Shown: positions 39,401 through 47,181 of the stretch, piece after piece | Layout: each line of letters begins with the position of its first letter | How positions within the stretch are numbered: the stretch's first letter is position 1 | Origin: Pomacea canaliculata | Taxonomy: Eukaryota | Assembly: GCF_003073045.1 (NCBI RefSeq) | Contig: NC_037594.1 | Location: 13,237,353 to 13,301,352, forward strand | Direction of reading: 5' to 3' | DNA length: 64,000 nucleotides | The notes under the pieces: generated by a model | Seen by the model: the letters and a program-made list of their open reading frames with translations, nothing else | Database searches by the model: none | Told to the model about the DNA's origin: nothing | Position numbers and translations under genes: made by a program

Positions 39401-42400
39401 AAGCAAATATTCCTTTGAATTTTTAATGTAAATGCAACAAAAAGTGAACAAACTATGAAAAAATGTGTAGAAATTAATCTTAACAAAACAACTCTGGTAT
39501 AAAGAAACTTTACAGTTTTTCTCCCGCATACACACATAAACACGCAGATGAAGATACACACAAACACAAACCTGTATTTTGTCTCTTAGTTTCTCAAACA
39601 ACACCCAATATGGGAAATTGTGCACCATCTCCTTTTTCTGCGAAAGACACAAAATATTTTTTTCTTATGCAGAAGATCTGCAATATATATTCTCATTTAT
39701 CATCTTTCAGTTGCACTGCCTCTCTTTCCAGAGTGGATGATATGTACTGTAATGATAATTAATAAATATTTATCCATGTGACTATCATAAAATGAGATAT
39801 GAAAAGGAAAACATTTATTTTGTGCAAATGGTAGGACAGGCCAAAAAAACCTGTTAAAACTCCAAAATGAATGTCAAAAGAGCAAACCAAAATAGCCACA
39901 TGAAAAGTAACATATACATTACACAAGACACTGCAAATACAAAACAAATTAGAAGATAAAACAGGAAAGGTTTGAAAGCTTGAATGTACTCACCTTGCGG
40001 TCATCCCAGGTTTGTAAAGGTTCTGCTGAACTCATCTGGCTTATTGATGTGTTCAACAGATGCTGCAAGTTGTCCAGGATGGTGCCCTTCTGCAACTGCA
40101 CACTACAGCATGACTCACCATCATGCAGAACCAGCTCACTCTCTTCACAAGAGTACTTGCACATCAGAGCCAGCAAAAGAGACACCTCTCTAACCTGAGC
40201 ACACACAAACATAAGCCTGGATGCAATAATTTCAATATAGAGATAACAGTGTGTGTGTGAGGGGCAAGGGGGCATGAAGAGGGTGAGAAATCAATTAGTC
40301 TTTCCACTTCAACCATCTTCACCCCAAGTGATATATGCAAACGGTCAACCTCTTTCCCTTTTTAAAAAACCTACAATCTCAGCTCAATAAAAAAGTTTTT
40401 ACATATCCAAGAAATCAGAAGTCATATGCTACTAATACCAAAGCAAAAGAGACAAAATCTAAGGACCTCATTTCTAAAAATTCATCTAAGTACTCCACCA
40501 ATAAAAGTACAAAGCTGTAAACTTCTAGGTGTGATGATTGATAACACTATGTTTTGGTCCCAACATGTATTAGCCATAAGCAAAATTGTATCAAAGAAAG
40601 CCTATCTAGAATTAAAGACTTCTTTGATTCTCACTCTCAGTAACTCTTCCACACAGTCCACATTCAACTGACCATTGATTATGCATCCACTCTGTGACAC
40701 TCTAGCAGAGCTTCGATGAGGCCTCTTGTAAGTTTTTGAAAGAAAGTGATCAATTCTATCTTTCTCTCTTATGTAACACACACACATGCATGAAGGCAGC
40801 AACACGCTTAGAAGGATATGCACATGAAGGCATGCCTCTATCATTATTATTAATGAAGTACACACACTTGCTATGGAGACATGATTTCATTTCAACTTTT
40901 GAAGGTAGGTATGAAGTTAGTGACTGTAGACTTACTGTTCGAGGTTTACCAAGTCCTCTGGCTGCGGAACATGGTGTTTGTGTTCTTGGATCCATACTGC
41001 AGATGATGACAGTGCGACCTTTGATGGGCTGTACATTGTAAACTGTGGCTATCTTCACTGCAGTATCCAGTGCCTTGCGATACCGTTGGAGAAGAGCCTT
41101 GTCATACATCGTTTCCCTGATGAGCATAAGAGATAATATTTATCATCGAGAGACCACAGGTATAGTAGTCAGAAGTCAAGACACTATTTAGATATTTTTA
41201 ATAATTTTATTAAATACAACACTATGATATTTTGGTTATGTAAACTGTTTACATTGAGGACACTGATGCACTAGGTACAGGTTAAAGCATACTTACTTTG
41301 TGCCACTGCTAGCTTTTTTCTGTAGTTTCTTCTGCCACCACTGGGGGGCAGCTCCACCTCGACCTCGACCTTTGCCTCTTGTGCCACGACTTCCCCTCCC
41401 CCTTTTCATGTGTCCTTGAAATTTTGAAGCTCCACTTTCTCTAGTGGCAGCAACAGCTTCATCAATGATGGCTTTCTCTGTCAAACATTACCCCATTTAT
41501 AATCATAGCCCTCATATTAATATATACAAGTTTAGGGAACAAAGTGATATTAAGAAAAATCATTGTCATATGGCATACAACAGTTCACATCTGAAGGAAT
41601 GCCACTCTGATTTATTATTATGTAACAAAATACAGGATGAAGTGTTGTTTCAGAAAAATAATTTTCATGGGGTTATTAGTGACAGTAACCCTCCATAAGA
41701 GACTCAAAAGTGTAAAAAAAATCACGACCTGAAAAGATTTTATATGCATGCAGGTAAACAAACATAATTACAAAAACATACTTCACACATTCTACCTTGG
41801 TTTGGTAGTTAATGGTGGAGGTTGTGGCACTCCTATATCAGTATCATCAAGAACACTACAGTGGATTTAAGTGTGTCATGTGTCACTTACGTGTCTTGTC
41901 AAATTCCTTCTCCATGGTGTTTAACACCTCATAAGCTGAGAAGAACCTGAAGGGAAACTGCTTGCTATTGATCACTTGTTTCTGCAAAGAAAGATGCTTA
42001 TGTACAGTACTAATTTCCTGATAGTTTTCTGCTGTCTACTACAGTTTTGAGAGATGAACTATGAACTAACTTTTGTGTCTATGCAGCAGATGCGTTAAGT
42101 TCCACTACTATTTCAAAGATACAACATTTGGTGCATTGAAACTAGAGGAATTCATCAGTAAAACATACATGTACATTCTATAACCTTCAGAAATACATAC
42201 TTCATTTGTCAGTCTCCGGATGACCATGTTGTGGTGTTTATCCGATATCCCCGCTTTGATCAGATTCCGCAGATTTCTCAACATTGCCATGAATGGCAGC
42301 TTCTTGTGATCTATGAACAGAACCCCACCCCACCCCAAAAAAAATTCTATACTGTGTAGGCAGACACTTTTTCAGAATTATCATCTTGTAAGTCAGGTTG

Positions 42401-45400
42401 ATTTAACATTGATCAACTCTGAATCAAAATCTTTTATTATCTCTTCCAGCTCACTTTTCTACTTCCAACACCCAGCTCTAGTGGGTAACAACGCTATACA
42501 ATGAACCACACTCTTTCCAATATAGCTTCATCCTGCTAGCTTGTTGCAGGACAAAATATCAGTTTACTGTGCCTGAAGCTCATACACATAATCGTCACCT
42601 GCAAACATTTAGTGCAAAATTTTACCAACAGCAGCATCCTTGGCAATAAAGTAAAAGACACACAAGTGACGGTGATATGTACCCAGCAAATCCTCCCATG
42701 TCTTTGCTTTGTTGCCCTTCAGGGACACCTGCGTCTCCCAGGTTTCTGGGATGGGAAGTTTCATGCGCTTGCCTGCTCGCTCTTCTTCCCATACACCAGG
42801 CAGCCGACTGCAGTAAAATTCTTCAGGTGTCTTGGGATATCTTTGAACAGATTCAGATGTTGCAAACATGAGTGTGCAGTTTCCTGCAAAGTAAGCCTGC
42901 CCACAGCATAAGACTCAGCTATAACTTCATAAGGAGTCTTCTCACTGCTGCAAACCTTTTCTAAACTAAAATATGTCCTAACATATATCATAAATATAAA
43001 ATACACATATCAGATTTACCAGCTATAATGTTAAATTTTACAAGCTTATGTCATCCTTATTTTAAAAAGTATCATTAGGTGCCTCTCTTTCTGTGAGTGC
43101 AATTCCCTCAGCAAATCCGTGAATGATTCATTCTATATTTTGCACTATCTAAATAACAAGCAAAAAGCACAGGTTAGAAAAGAAGAATTTAAGAAAGGTA
43201 GCTTTAACATCAAATGAACAGATGTTATTTTCCCTTGAGAAAGAAACATCTGTACATGTAAACTTGAGGCATGGATGATCATATTCCATTTCTTCTAGTT
43301 GTTGGTGAGGGAGAATGGGTATAATAATTAGAGGGTTTATAAAAGAGTTAGTTACAGAGGGCTTATAAAGAAATGGTAATAATTATATATAGGGTTTAGA
43401 AAAAGGCAGTAATGAAGTAATCAGTTCAGATTAAGGTCACGTACTTCTTGCCAACAAGGCACATGACATGTTCAGGAGGCTCCACAATGTGTAGCTTGCG
43501 GATAAGTTGCTTGAGTGTGAAAGTTTTGCGTTCTTGTTCTTCTTTTGTCTCACTCTCCTCATCATACTTCACACCACGGACCTGTGCAACATGCCCAGCA
43601 CTTAACTATTACTCCAAAAGACTGTCATGCCATTTTACCAAAGGAAAAAGTTCATGACATTTGGTCAAAAATCTCCTAAGCTATAGTTTCCTGCTTTCAT
43701 AATTTATGACAAATTTTCTCACCAGATGCAAAATATTTGTTTAAAACCCATTATGCACTTTAAAATTATTTGAAAAATCATATCTGATGATATGAGAAAA
43801 AAACTGCTTTAAGTACTCTGTTGCAGATGCTAAGCTTGTCACTTTTTTTATGGAGTGTGATACTTTCATCTAGTTGCTTGTCTTGATATTATCACTAATA
43901 TTGTATTTCCTTTCAATATAACATAAGCTCTTCATTTGGATTCTGCTTCCTTTATTAGGTATGTAGAGTTTTACAACTGTGCTTTTAAAGAAAGTAATTG
44001 TTAACTAGAAGCTCATTTTACAGATATACCCTTTTAAATGCTGGATTTTCACCATCACTGCCATCATCACCATCATCATCATTGTCAGTATCATCATCAC
44101 TGTGACTCTTGATTTTATCACCACTTCGTTTTGTTCCTGCTTTTATCAGTTTTCCGCCTCTCCCTTTATCTTGACCAGCATCCTGACTTGCAGATTTCTC
44201 TTTGCTCTCACTTTTCTTGTTCTTCTTTAAGCGAGACTTCTCCTTATTGTACTTGGCTGCAAAATGCAAAAGATAAGCATTAAAACTTACATCAGTTCAT
44301 TCATCTTTCTTCTGCAGTGTACGTAACTCTTCAGTTTTTCTGGTAACACGAAGACTTACTAGGGGACATTTGATTTAATGTCTGTAATAGAAAAGATGCA
44401 GAAATGTGTAACTAGATCATTATTTATCATATCAAGAGCTGTGCATCACTACAGTATCCTCCAAACAGCGAGGTGCATAAGATCGAAGGGATCTCATACA
44501 ACACATAAGATAATGAACCAGATTGATGATGTTGATGCTAACAAACTCTTCAAGCTTAAACATATTAGAACAAAATAACAAAATTTATATACAAAACAGT
44601 TATACTAATTTTTGCAGAAACGATTTTTTACTAAAAGTGTAATACTTCTCTAGAACTGCTTAGAGCTGGTGACCTCATGACATAGCAACTCCTTTAATTA
44701 AAACTTCTGAACCAATGAACTCATCAAACCCCTCAACCTACCAACCATGTTAGAACATGGATATCTGTCATTCATACATGCTCCTAGAAGTCACGTCCAT
44801 GACACTATATTAGAACATAGATATTTTCATTCATCCATGTTCCTTTATGTCATGTTCCTTTATATTGCATTAAAACATCCTCCATTCATACATGCTCCTA
44901 TTATTCTCTAAATGGCTGTAGCTTTAATGACCTAAGATTCTCTATTTGATGACAGAATCACATTTTTACATGACAGAGATTTAACTTCTTTCTGCCCAAG
45001 TCCAATGTCACAGAAAAGGTCTTTTGTACTGAAACAAAGTAACCCAATTATTTATTTTTATTCTTCCAGTGGGCCCTTAAAGAAAACTGATTTACATTGT
45101 ATCTGTTATCCTTTTAAATAAGTTTTCTAATGAATTAGTTTGATGACATGGTTTGCCTTACCAAGCTGGTATTTGTCAAAGTCGAGAAATTTTACTGTCA
45201 TCACCTTACGCAGTGCTGCTGGTAAAGCTCCAAAATTCAGCTTCTTATCACCAAAGACCTGAAAATAAGATAAAATACAAAAGTCATAGCAAGCAGAACA
45301 ACAGAAAACAGCACACTTTTAAGCCATTAACCTTCTACTTTTACCCTCTAAATGCTATTGATGTTTCTATGTTATCTTCCCTAAATATGACAATTAAGAT

Positions 45401-47181
45401 TCTAAAAGGGAATTTCCTGTATAATTTTGCCAGCACAAAGTGAACATTTTTGCATTTAAAGGTCAAATTAAAACTGCTAATAAAAAACCTAATATCTACC
45501 TGATACATTTCTGCAACTTCTATCCAGTCTGAGGGCAGCATGATCGTGCTGGAGTAGTACTTGCGAAGGTAAGGACGGCACTCCAGGTAATTGGATGCCA
45601 AAGCAAGCAAAAAATTGGAAGTTGTGCGAATATTCAGCTCTCGCCTTGAGTAGAGGGCAACCTGACAAGAATAAATAGGTAGCATTTCCATTTTGGCATA
45701 GAAAGACATAAAGGCCCATACCTATTGCATAATTTGTTGCTTGCTAAACAAAAGAAAAGAGCTCATGAAATTTTATAGGATGCTTAATGTCCTGTTTTAC
45801 TGTGTCTACTATAACCATTGGAATCAAATGGCTTTCTCTCATTAAAATAAACAGTTTGCTGGGTTTGGTGATATAAAGATACTAAGATATAAGCATCCAC
45901 AAAAAAAAATCACACCATATTAGCTTTACCACTAACTCCAGACAATATAAGCTGCCACATCATTAGCATCAACTCTGTCTGAAATAGGTAACATGCCTTT
46001 AGCACAAACTCTGGTTTATATAAGCTGCTGTATCTTCATTTTTTAAAAATCTGGATCCCATAAACTGTCGCACTTTAAACATAAGTTTTGAATCTTAACT
46101 TTCAAACTGGTTGCCATACCTTTAGCACAAACTCTGGATCATACCAGATGATGCTTTCACTCATGATTAACAGCTGCTGACGAGCCTGGTCTCGTAAATT
46201 ATGGAAGTTTGGAGAGCAAAGCAGAGAGGCACTTACAGCATTAATTAATCCATTCTGAAAGTGCAGGTTCATTCCCAAATATTAGCTGCTTGATCATTTC
46301 ATTTTCAGCCTACTTTCAAGTGATTAAATGCTTAAGCTAAAAAAAAACAAACAAAAAGAAAATGAAACTGTTTCATGTCATATCAGCTTGAAAAAAGTTT
46401 TCTAATCAAAATGACAAACTATAAATATTAAGATTTAAAAAAAAATTAGCACAGATACAGTGGTATGAGTATAATGAATATGTGTGACAATGTTAAAGCT
46501 GTACAGAAAACTTTGTTCCATGGAAACTGTTATAAATTAAATAAAAAGACAACAAGTTGGAAAAAGCCTAAAATATAATGTAAAAAGGAGACCGTAAAAA
46601 AATGCTCAAACCTTCAGTCCATTCAGGTTAACAATAGGCTGACTCATGCTAGTTACTAGTTCTGAATCTTGTGTCGGATAGATGAATGCTGGGATCTTCA
46701 TCTCTACATCGTCCACAGTATCAGAGAAGAGCCCATACTCTGGCAGTTGGGTGGTGTATTTCATCAATGCTGCTGTTTCATCATCATCTATTTCTCTTTG
46801 CACCTTAATTTTTTTCTTCTTACTTATTCCCAATTTGCATCTTGCACTATCTTCCTTCTTTGGAGATTTTACAGCACTATTCTGTTTCTCTCTCTTTGCT
46901 GCAGAAGATCCTGCATATTTCATAGTTGGGCCATGGCTAGATGAGACACCCAGTTGACCAGGACTGATGTGTGATGTGAGTTGCATAGGTGAGTGTAGAC
47001 TCAAATACGGTGACTTGAGCTTAAGATTGATTTCATGCTTGGTGGATGATAAAGCTGATAATGTAGATGAGGAGACTAAGAGACTAGGCCCACTTGTCAC
47101 TTGTTTAGCAGACAGAAAGCTCAGATTTGATTGTTCATCTTTTGTATTCTTTACATTTCTTGCTGTTAAAAATGGATTCAT
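18238..47181 (-). CDS. TEP1: TEP1 orthologue (telomerase-associated protein 1 / vault protein component), whole CDS span, more than 45 exons. Domain order: lineage-specific N-terminus, TROVE, vWA-like, DUF4062, NACHT NTPase, WD40 array.
   Basis: Successive minus-strand exon translations match human TEP1 blocks in order: [54 protein letters not shown] ~ ASLYARQQLNVRNVANNILAIAAFLPACRPHLRRYFCAIVQLPSDWIQVAELYQ; [42 protein letters not shown] ~ [42 protein letters not shown]; [20 protein letters not shown] ~ [20 protein letters not shown]; [30 protein letters not shown]...[11 protein letters not shown] ~ [30 protein letters not shown]...IDLRWGVTEEE; [13 protein letters not shown] ~ [21 protein letters not shown]...GLEEFGQ ~ YPCEWGGV...GLEEFGQ; a Walker A motif and multiple WD repeats follow. 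ATG at 47181-47179, TGA at 18240-18238. Confidence 0.88.
18784..27612 (-). CDS. TEP1: TEP1 WD40-repeat exon array (about 16 exons, approximate). Examples: 27497-27595, 27200-27340, 26668-26820, 26285-26390, 25460-25680, 25135-25260, 24625-24730, 24340-24430, 23840-23945, 23520-23670, 23130-23230, 22740-22860, 21828-22020, 19890-20000, 18784-18890.
   Basis: Minus-strand exon translations carry canonical WD motifs: [27 protein letters not shown]; [37 protein letters not shown]; [34 protein letters not shown]; [25 protein letters not shown]; [20 protein letters not shown]; [21 protein letters not shown]; [20 protein letters not shown]. Individual boundaries were not all verified. Confidence 0.75.
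20455..20620 (-). mobile_element. tRNA-derived SINE, copy B (same family as 588-752), inside a TEP1 intron
   Basis: Minus-strand reading gtggtccagtggcacagcagttagcgcctgtcacc...ggttcagatctcgtctcagg...ggctggctgcttgacccggatatagccttagtttctgactcggcataaaacacc aligns along the full length of copy A. Confidence 0.65.
24465..24580 (+). repeat. Unclassified interspersed repeat (MITE-like family R2), copy 1
   Basis: ttattggtcaggtacatgtgaccaatcaggagtagattgctggaattgaggtagctattcgggataacc is about 75% identical to 33115-33235 (ttcattggtcatttctggtcaatcaggagtggacagcagaaattgagaggtagctaatagggtaatc). It contains an internal tggtca...tgacca palindrome. Confidence 0.5.
25983..26106. repeat. Minisatellite, about 24-bp unit in about 5 copies, in a TEP1 intron
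   Basis: Units accaaccacaatatacaatattgtgctg / accactatgtacaatccagagctg / accaccatacacaattcagaacca / accatcacatatgatcctgagctt / accaacatatacaatctaaatcc. They underlie the spurious 92-aa minus-strand ORF 25904-26182. Confidence 0.7.
27790..29285 (-). CDS. TEP1: Block of four TEP1 exons between NACHT and the WD40 array (approximate: about 29177-29285, 28940-29030, 28500-28640, 27790-27975)
   Basis: Translations [36 protein letters not shown] (human ARLCLPDGPLRTAAKRCYGKRPGLEDTAHILIAAQLW); [29 protein letters not shown] (human KTCDADASGTFRSCPPEALGDLPYHLLQSG); [39 protein letters not shown]; ...[60 protein letters not shown]. Confidence 0.65.
29695..29884 (-). CDS. TEP1: TEP1 exon
   Basis: Translation (G)[62 protein letters not shown](G) vs human LTVDQLHGVLSVWRTLPKGTKSWEEAVAAGNSGDPYPMGPFACLVQSLRSLLG; donor GTAAGT. 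The phase of its junction with the next exon is unresolved (see findings). Confidence 0.75.
30456..30588 (-). CDS. TEP1: TEP1 exon (winged-helix-like region)
   Basis: Translation [44 protein letters not shown] vs human VSERLRTLPATVPLLLQHILSTLEKEHGPDVLPQALTALEVTRSG; donor GTCAGT. Confidence 0.82.
31239..31331 (-). CDS. TEP1: TEP1 exon (NACHT-associated helical region)
   Basis: Translation [31 protein letters not shown] vs human MRLLLVKRESGRPLYLRLVTDHLRLFTLYEQ; 93 nt; donor GTGAGC. Confidence 0.88.
31616..31792 (-). CDS. TEP1: TEP1 exon (NACHT)
   Basis: Translation [59 protein letters not shown] vs human RCVHLVLSVSSDAGLGETLEQSQGAHVLALGPLEASARARLVREELALYGKRLEESPFNNQ; 177 nt, phase 0/0; donor GTGAGC. 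Confidence 0.9.
31983..32760 (-). CDS. TEP1: Two TEP1 NACHT exons (approximate: about 32690-32760 and 31983-32130), including Walker B
   Basis: Translations ...[20 protein letters not shown](Q) and [51 protein letters not shown] vs human GQTQVLIIDGADRLVDQNGQLISDWIPKKLP; donor GTAAGT. Confidence 0.7.
32213..32512. repeat. Foldback / inverted-repeat structure: arm 32213-32268 and arm 32455-32512 (about 80% complementary, roughly 55-bp arms, roughly 185-bp loop), plus a direct duplicate of the arm end at 32513-32560
   Basis: Reverse complement of arm 1 (gtcatgtcatctggtaaagactacaagaaagaaaaattttactaaccaaacatggtat) vs arm 2 (gtcatgtcatctagtaagtacttgaagaaagaaatcttactaccaaacatggtat). Both arms carry accagatgacatgac. 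Confidence 0.55.
32290..32350 (-). repeat. Partial R2-family copy (reverse orientation), lying in the loop of the foldback element
   Basis: Reverse complement gggatggagggggtgagtttattttgtgttctctgtgttcattggtcatttctgaccaaatgg matches the 5' part of copy 2. Confidence 0.45.
32806..32898. repeat. Decaying tandem repeat, about 3 units of 22-35 bp (agtaggactgcNagcNtatagcc), in a TEP1 intron
   Basis: agtaggactgccagcttatagcctggcaaacacaa / agtaggactgccggtctatagcctagc / agtaggactgcaagcctatacc. Confidence 0.65.
33115..33235 (+). repeat. Unclassified interspersed repeat (family R2), copy 2
   Basis: See copy 1; the 5' part gggattggggttgagtaggttgattctgtgttctacttgttcattggtcatttctggtcaa also matches 32290-32350 in reverse complement. 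Confidence 0.5.
33447..33622 (-). CDS. TEP1: TEP1 exon (NACHT)
   Basis: Translation [58 protein letters not shown](K); acceptor ttccag, donor GTGGGT. Confidence 0.85.
33770..33801. repeat. (CT)n(CA)n dinucleotide microsatellite in a TEP1 intron
   Basis: ctctctatctctctctctcacacacacacacaacaag read directly. Confidence 0.9.
33837..34019 (-). CDS. TEP1: TEP1 exon, NACHT Walker A (P-loop)
   Basis: Translation [61 protein letters not shown] vs human ...HGRLSLVTGQSGQGKTAFL; 183 nt, phase 0/0; donor GTGAGT. Confidence 0.9.
34346..34466 (-). CDS. TEP1: TEP1 exon (pre-NACHT)
   Basis: Translation (N)[40 protein letters not shown] vs human [37 protein letters not shown]; donor GTATTG. Confidence 0.88.
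34571..34684 (-). CDS. TEP1: TEP1 exon
   Basis: Translation (K)[37 protein letters not shown] vs human [37 protein letters not shown]; acceptor tttag, donor GTAAGA; 114 nt. Confidence 0.85.
34893..35135 (-). CDS. TEP1: TEP1 exon, DUF4062 C-terminal half
   Basis: Translation [80 protein letters not shown] vs human [59 protein letters not shown]...ALIYFRDSSF; 243 nt. Confidence 0.9.
35814..35990 (-). CDS. TEP1: TEP1 exon, DUF4062 N-terminal half
   Basis: Translation (R)[58 protein letters not shown](R); acceptor ccacag, donor GTAAAA; its phase is continuous with the previous exon. Confidence 0.9.
36625..36790 (-). mobile_element. tRNA-derived SINE, copy C (same family), inside a TEP1 intron
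   Basis: Plus strand ggtgttttacacagagccagcaactaaaactatatcccagcaaggcag...gttgcaccactggaccgtac equals the reverse complement of copy A. The spurious ORFs 36622-36831(+) and 467-790(-) give parallel peptides ([23 protein letters not shown]), confirming homology. Confidence 0.65.
37434..37598 (-). CDS. TEP1: TEP1 exon preceding DUF4062
   Basis: Translation [54 protein letters not shown](R) vs human FIAEHGASHLLEHVGQMDKIFKIPPPPGKTGVQSLRPLEED; donor GTATGC. Confidence 0.85.
38536..39643 (-). CDS. TEP1: Block of three TEP1 exons (approximate: about 39578-39643, 39197-39349, 38536-38607)
   Basis: Translations [22 protein letters not shown]; [48 protein letters not shown] (human VDRVILLGQSMDDGMINVAKQLYWQRVNSKCLFVGILL); [24 protein letters not shown] (human YLSTDLNPNDVTLSGCTDAILK). 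Confidence 0.7.
39994..40194 (-). CDS. TEP1: TEP1 exon (vWA-like region)
   Basis: Translation [67 protein letters not shown] vs human NYALLLIGMMITRAEQVDVVLCGGDTLKTAVLKAEEGILKTAIKLQAQ; 201 nt, phase 0/0; donor GTGAGT. Confidence 0.82.
40926..42305 (-). CDS. TEP1: Block of four TEP1 exons (approximate: about 42201-42305, 41889-41984, 41297-41479, 40926-41117)
   Basis: Translations [37 protein letters not shown]; [31 protein letters not shown] (human AKSVIHSRQFPFRFLNAHDAIDALEAQLR); [60 protein letters not shown] (Arg/Gly-rich); [43 protein letters not shown]... (human YDGEMLNRYRQALETAVNLSVKHSLPLLPGRTVLVYLTDA). All have canonical AG/GT boundaries. Confidence 0.75.
42683..42896 (-). CDS. TEP1: TEP1 exon 7 (TROVE)
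   Basis: Translation [71 protein letters not shown]; acceptor gggcag, donor GTACAT. Confidence 0.88.
43445..43581 (-). CDS. TEP1: TEP1 exon 6 (coordinates within 2 nt)
   Basis: Translation [46 protein letters not shown] vs human ...EKKNPPRFTLKKLVQRLHIHKPAQHVQALLGYRY; donor GTACGT. Confidence 0.8.
44030..44256 (-). CDS. TEP1: TEP1 exon 5 (highly charged, Lys- and Asp-rich insertion)
   Basis: Translation (A)[75 protein letters not shown]; its phase is consistent with exons 4 and 6; the human region (AKYNPRKHRAKRHPRRPPRSP...) is also basic. Confidence 0.75.
45162..45258 (-). CDS. TEP1: TEP1 exon 4 (TROVE)
   Basis: Translation [33 protein letters not shown] vs human LAEGDKNKLVPLPACLRTAMTDKFAQFDEYQLAK; acceptor ttttcag, donor GTAAGG. 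Confidence 0.88.
45500..45661 (-). CDS. TEP1: TEP1 exon 3 (TROVE domain core)
   Basis: Translation [54 protein letters not shown]; acceptor cag, donor GTAGAT; 162 nt, phase 0/0. Confidence 0.9.
46120..46254 (-). CDS. TEP1: TEP1 exon 2
   Basis: Acceptor tttcag; translation [45 protein letters not shown] vs human KMALLSLLCSTLVSEVNM...EICRELALLEPEFILK; donor GTATGG; 135 nt. Confidence 0.8.
46612..47181 (-). CDS. TEP1: TEP1 coding exon 1 (190 codons, low-complexity Ser/Lys-rich lineage-specific N-terminus)
   Basis: ATG at 47181-47179, preceded by an in-frame stop; translation [59 protein letters not shown]...NLNGLK; donor GTTTGA (minus strand) just below 46612; 570 nt, phase 0. It has no counterpart to the vertebrate N-terminal TEP1 30-aa repeats. 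Confidence 0.7.

Noticed and set aside
42761-43006. 81-aa minus-strand ORF overlapping TEP1 exon 7
   Set aside because: It is the wrong frame; the homologous frame (…[28 protein letters not shown]…) is the other ORF, 42609-42869.
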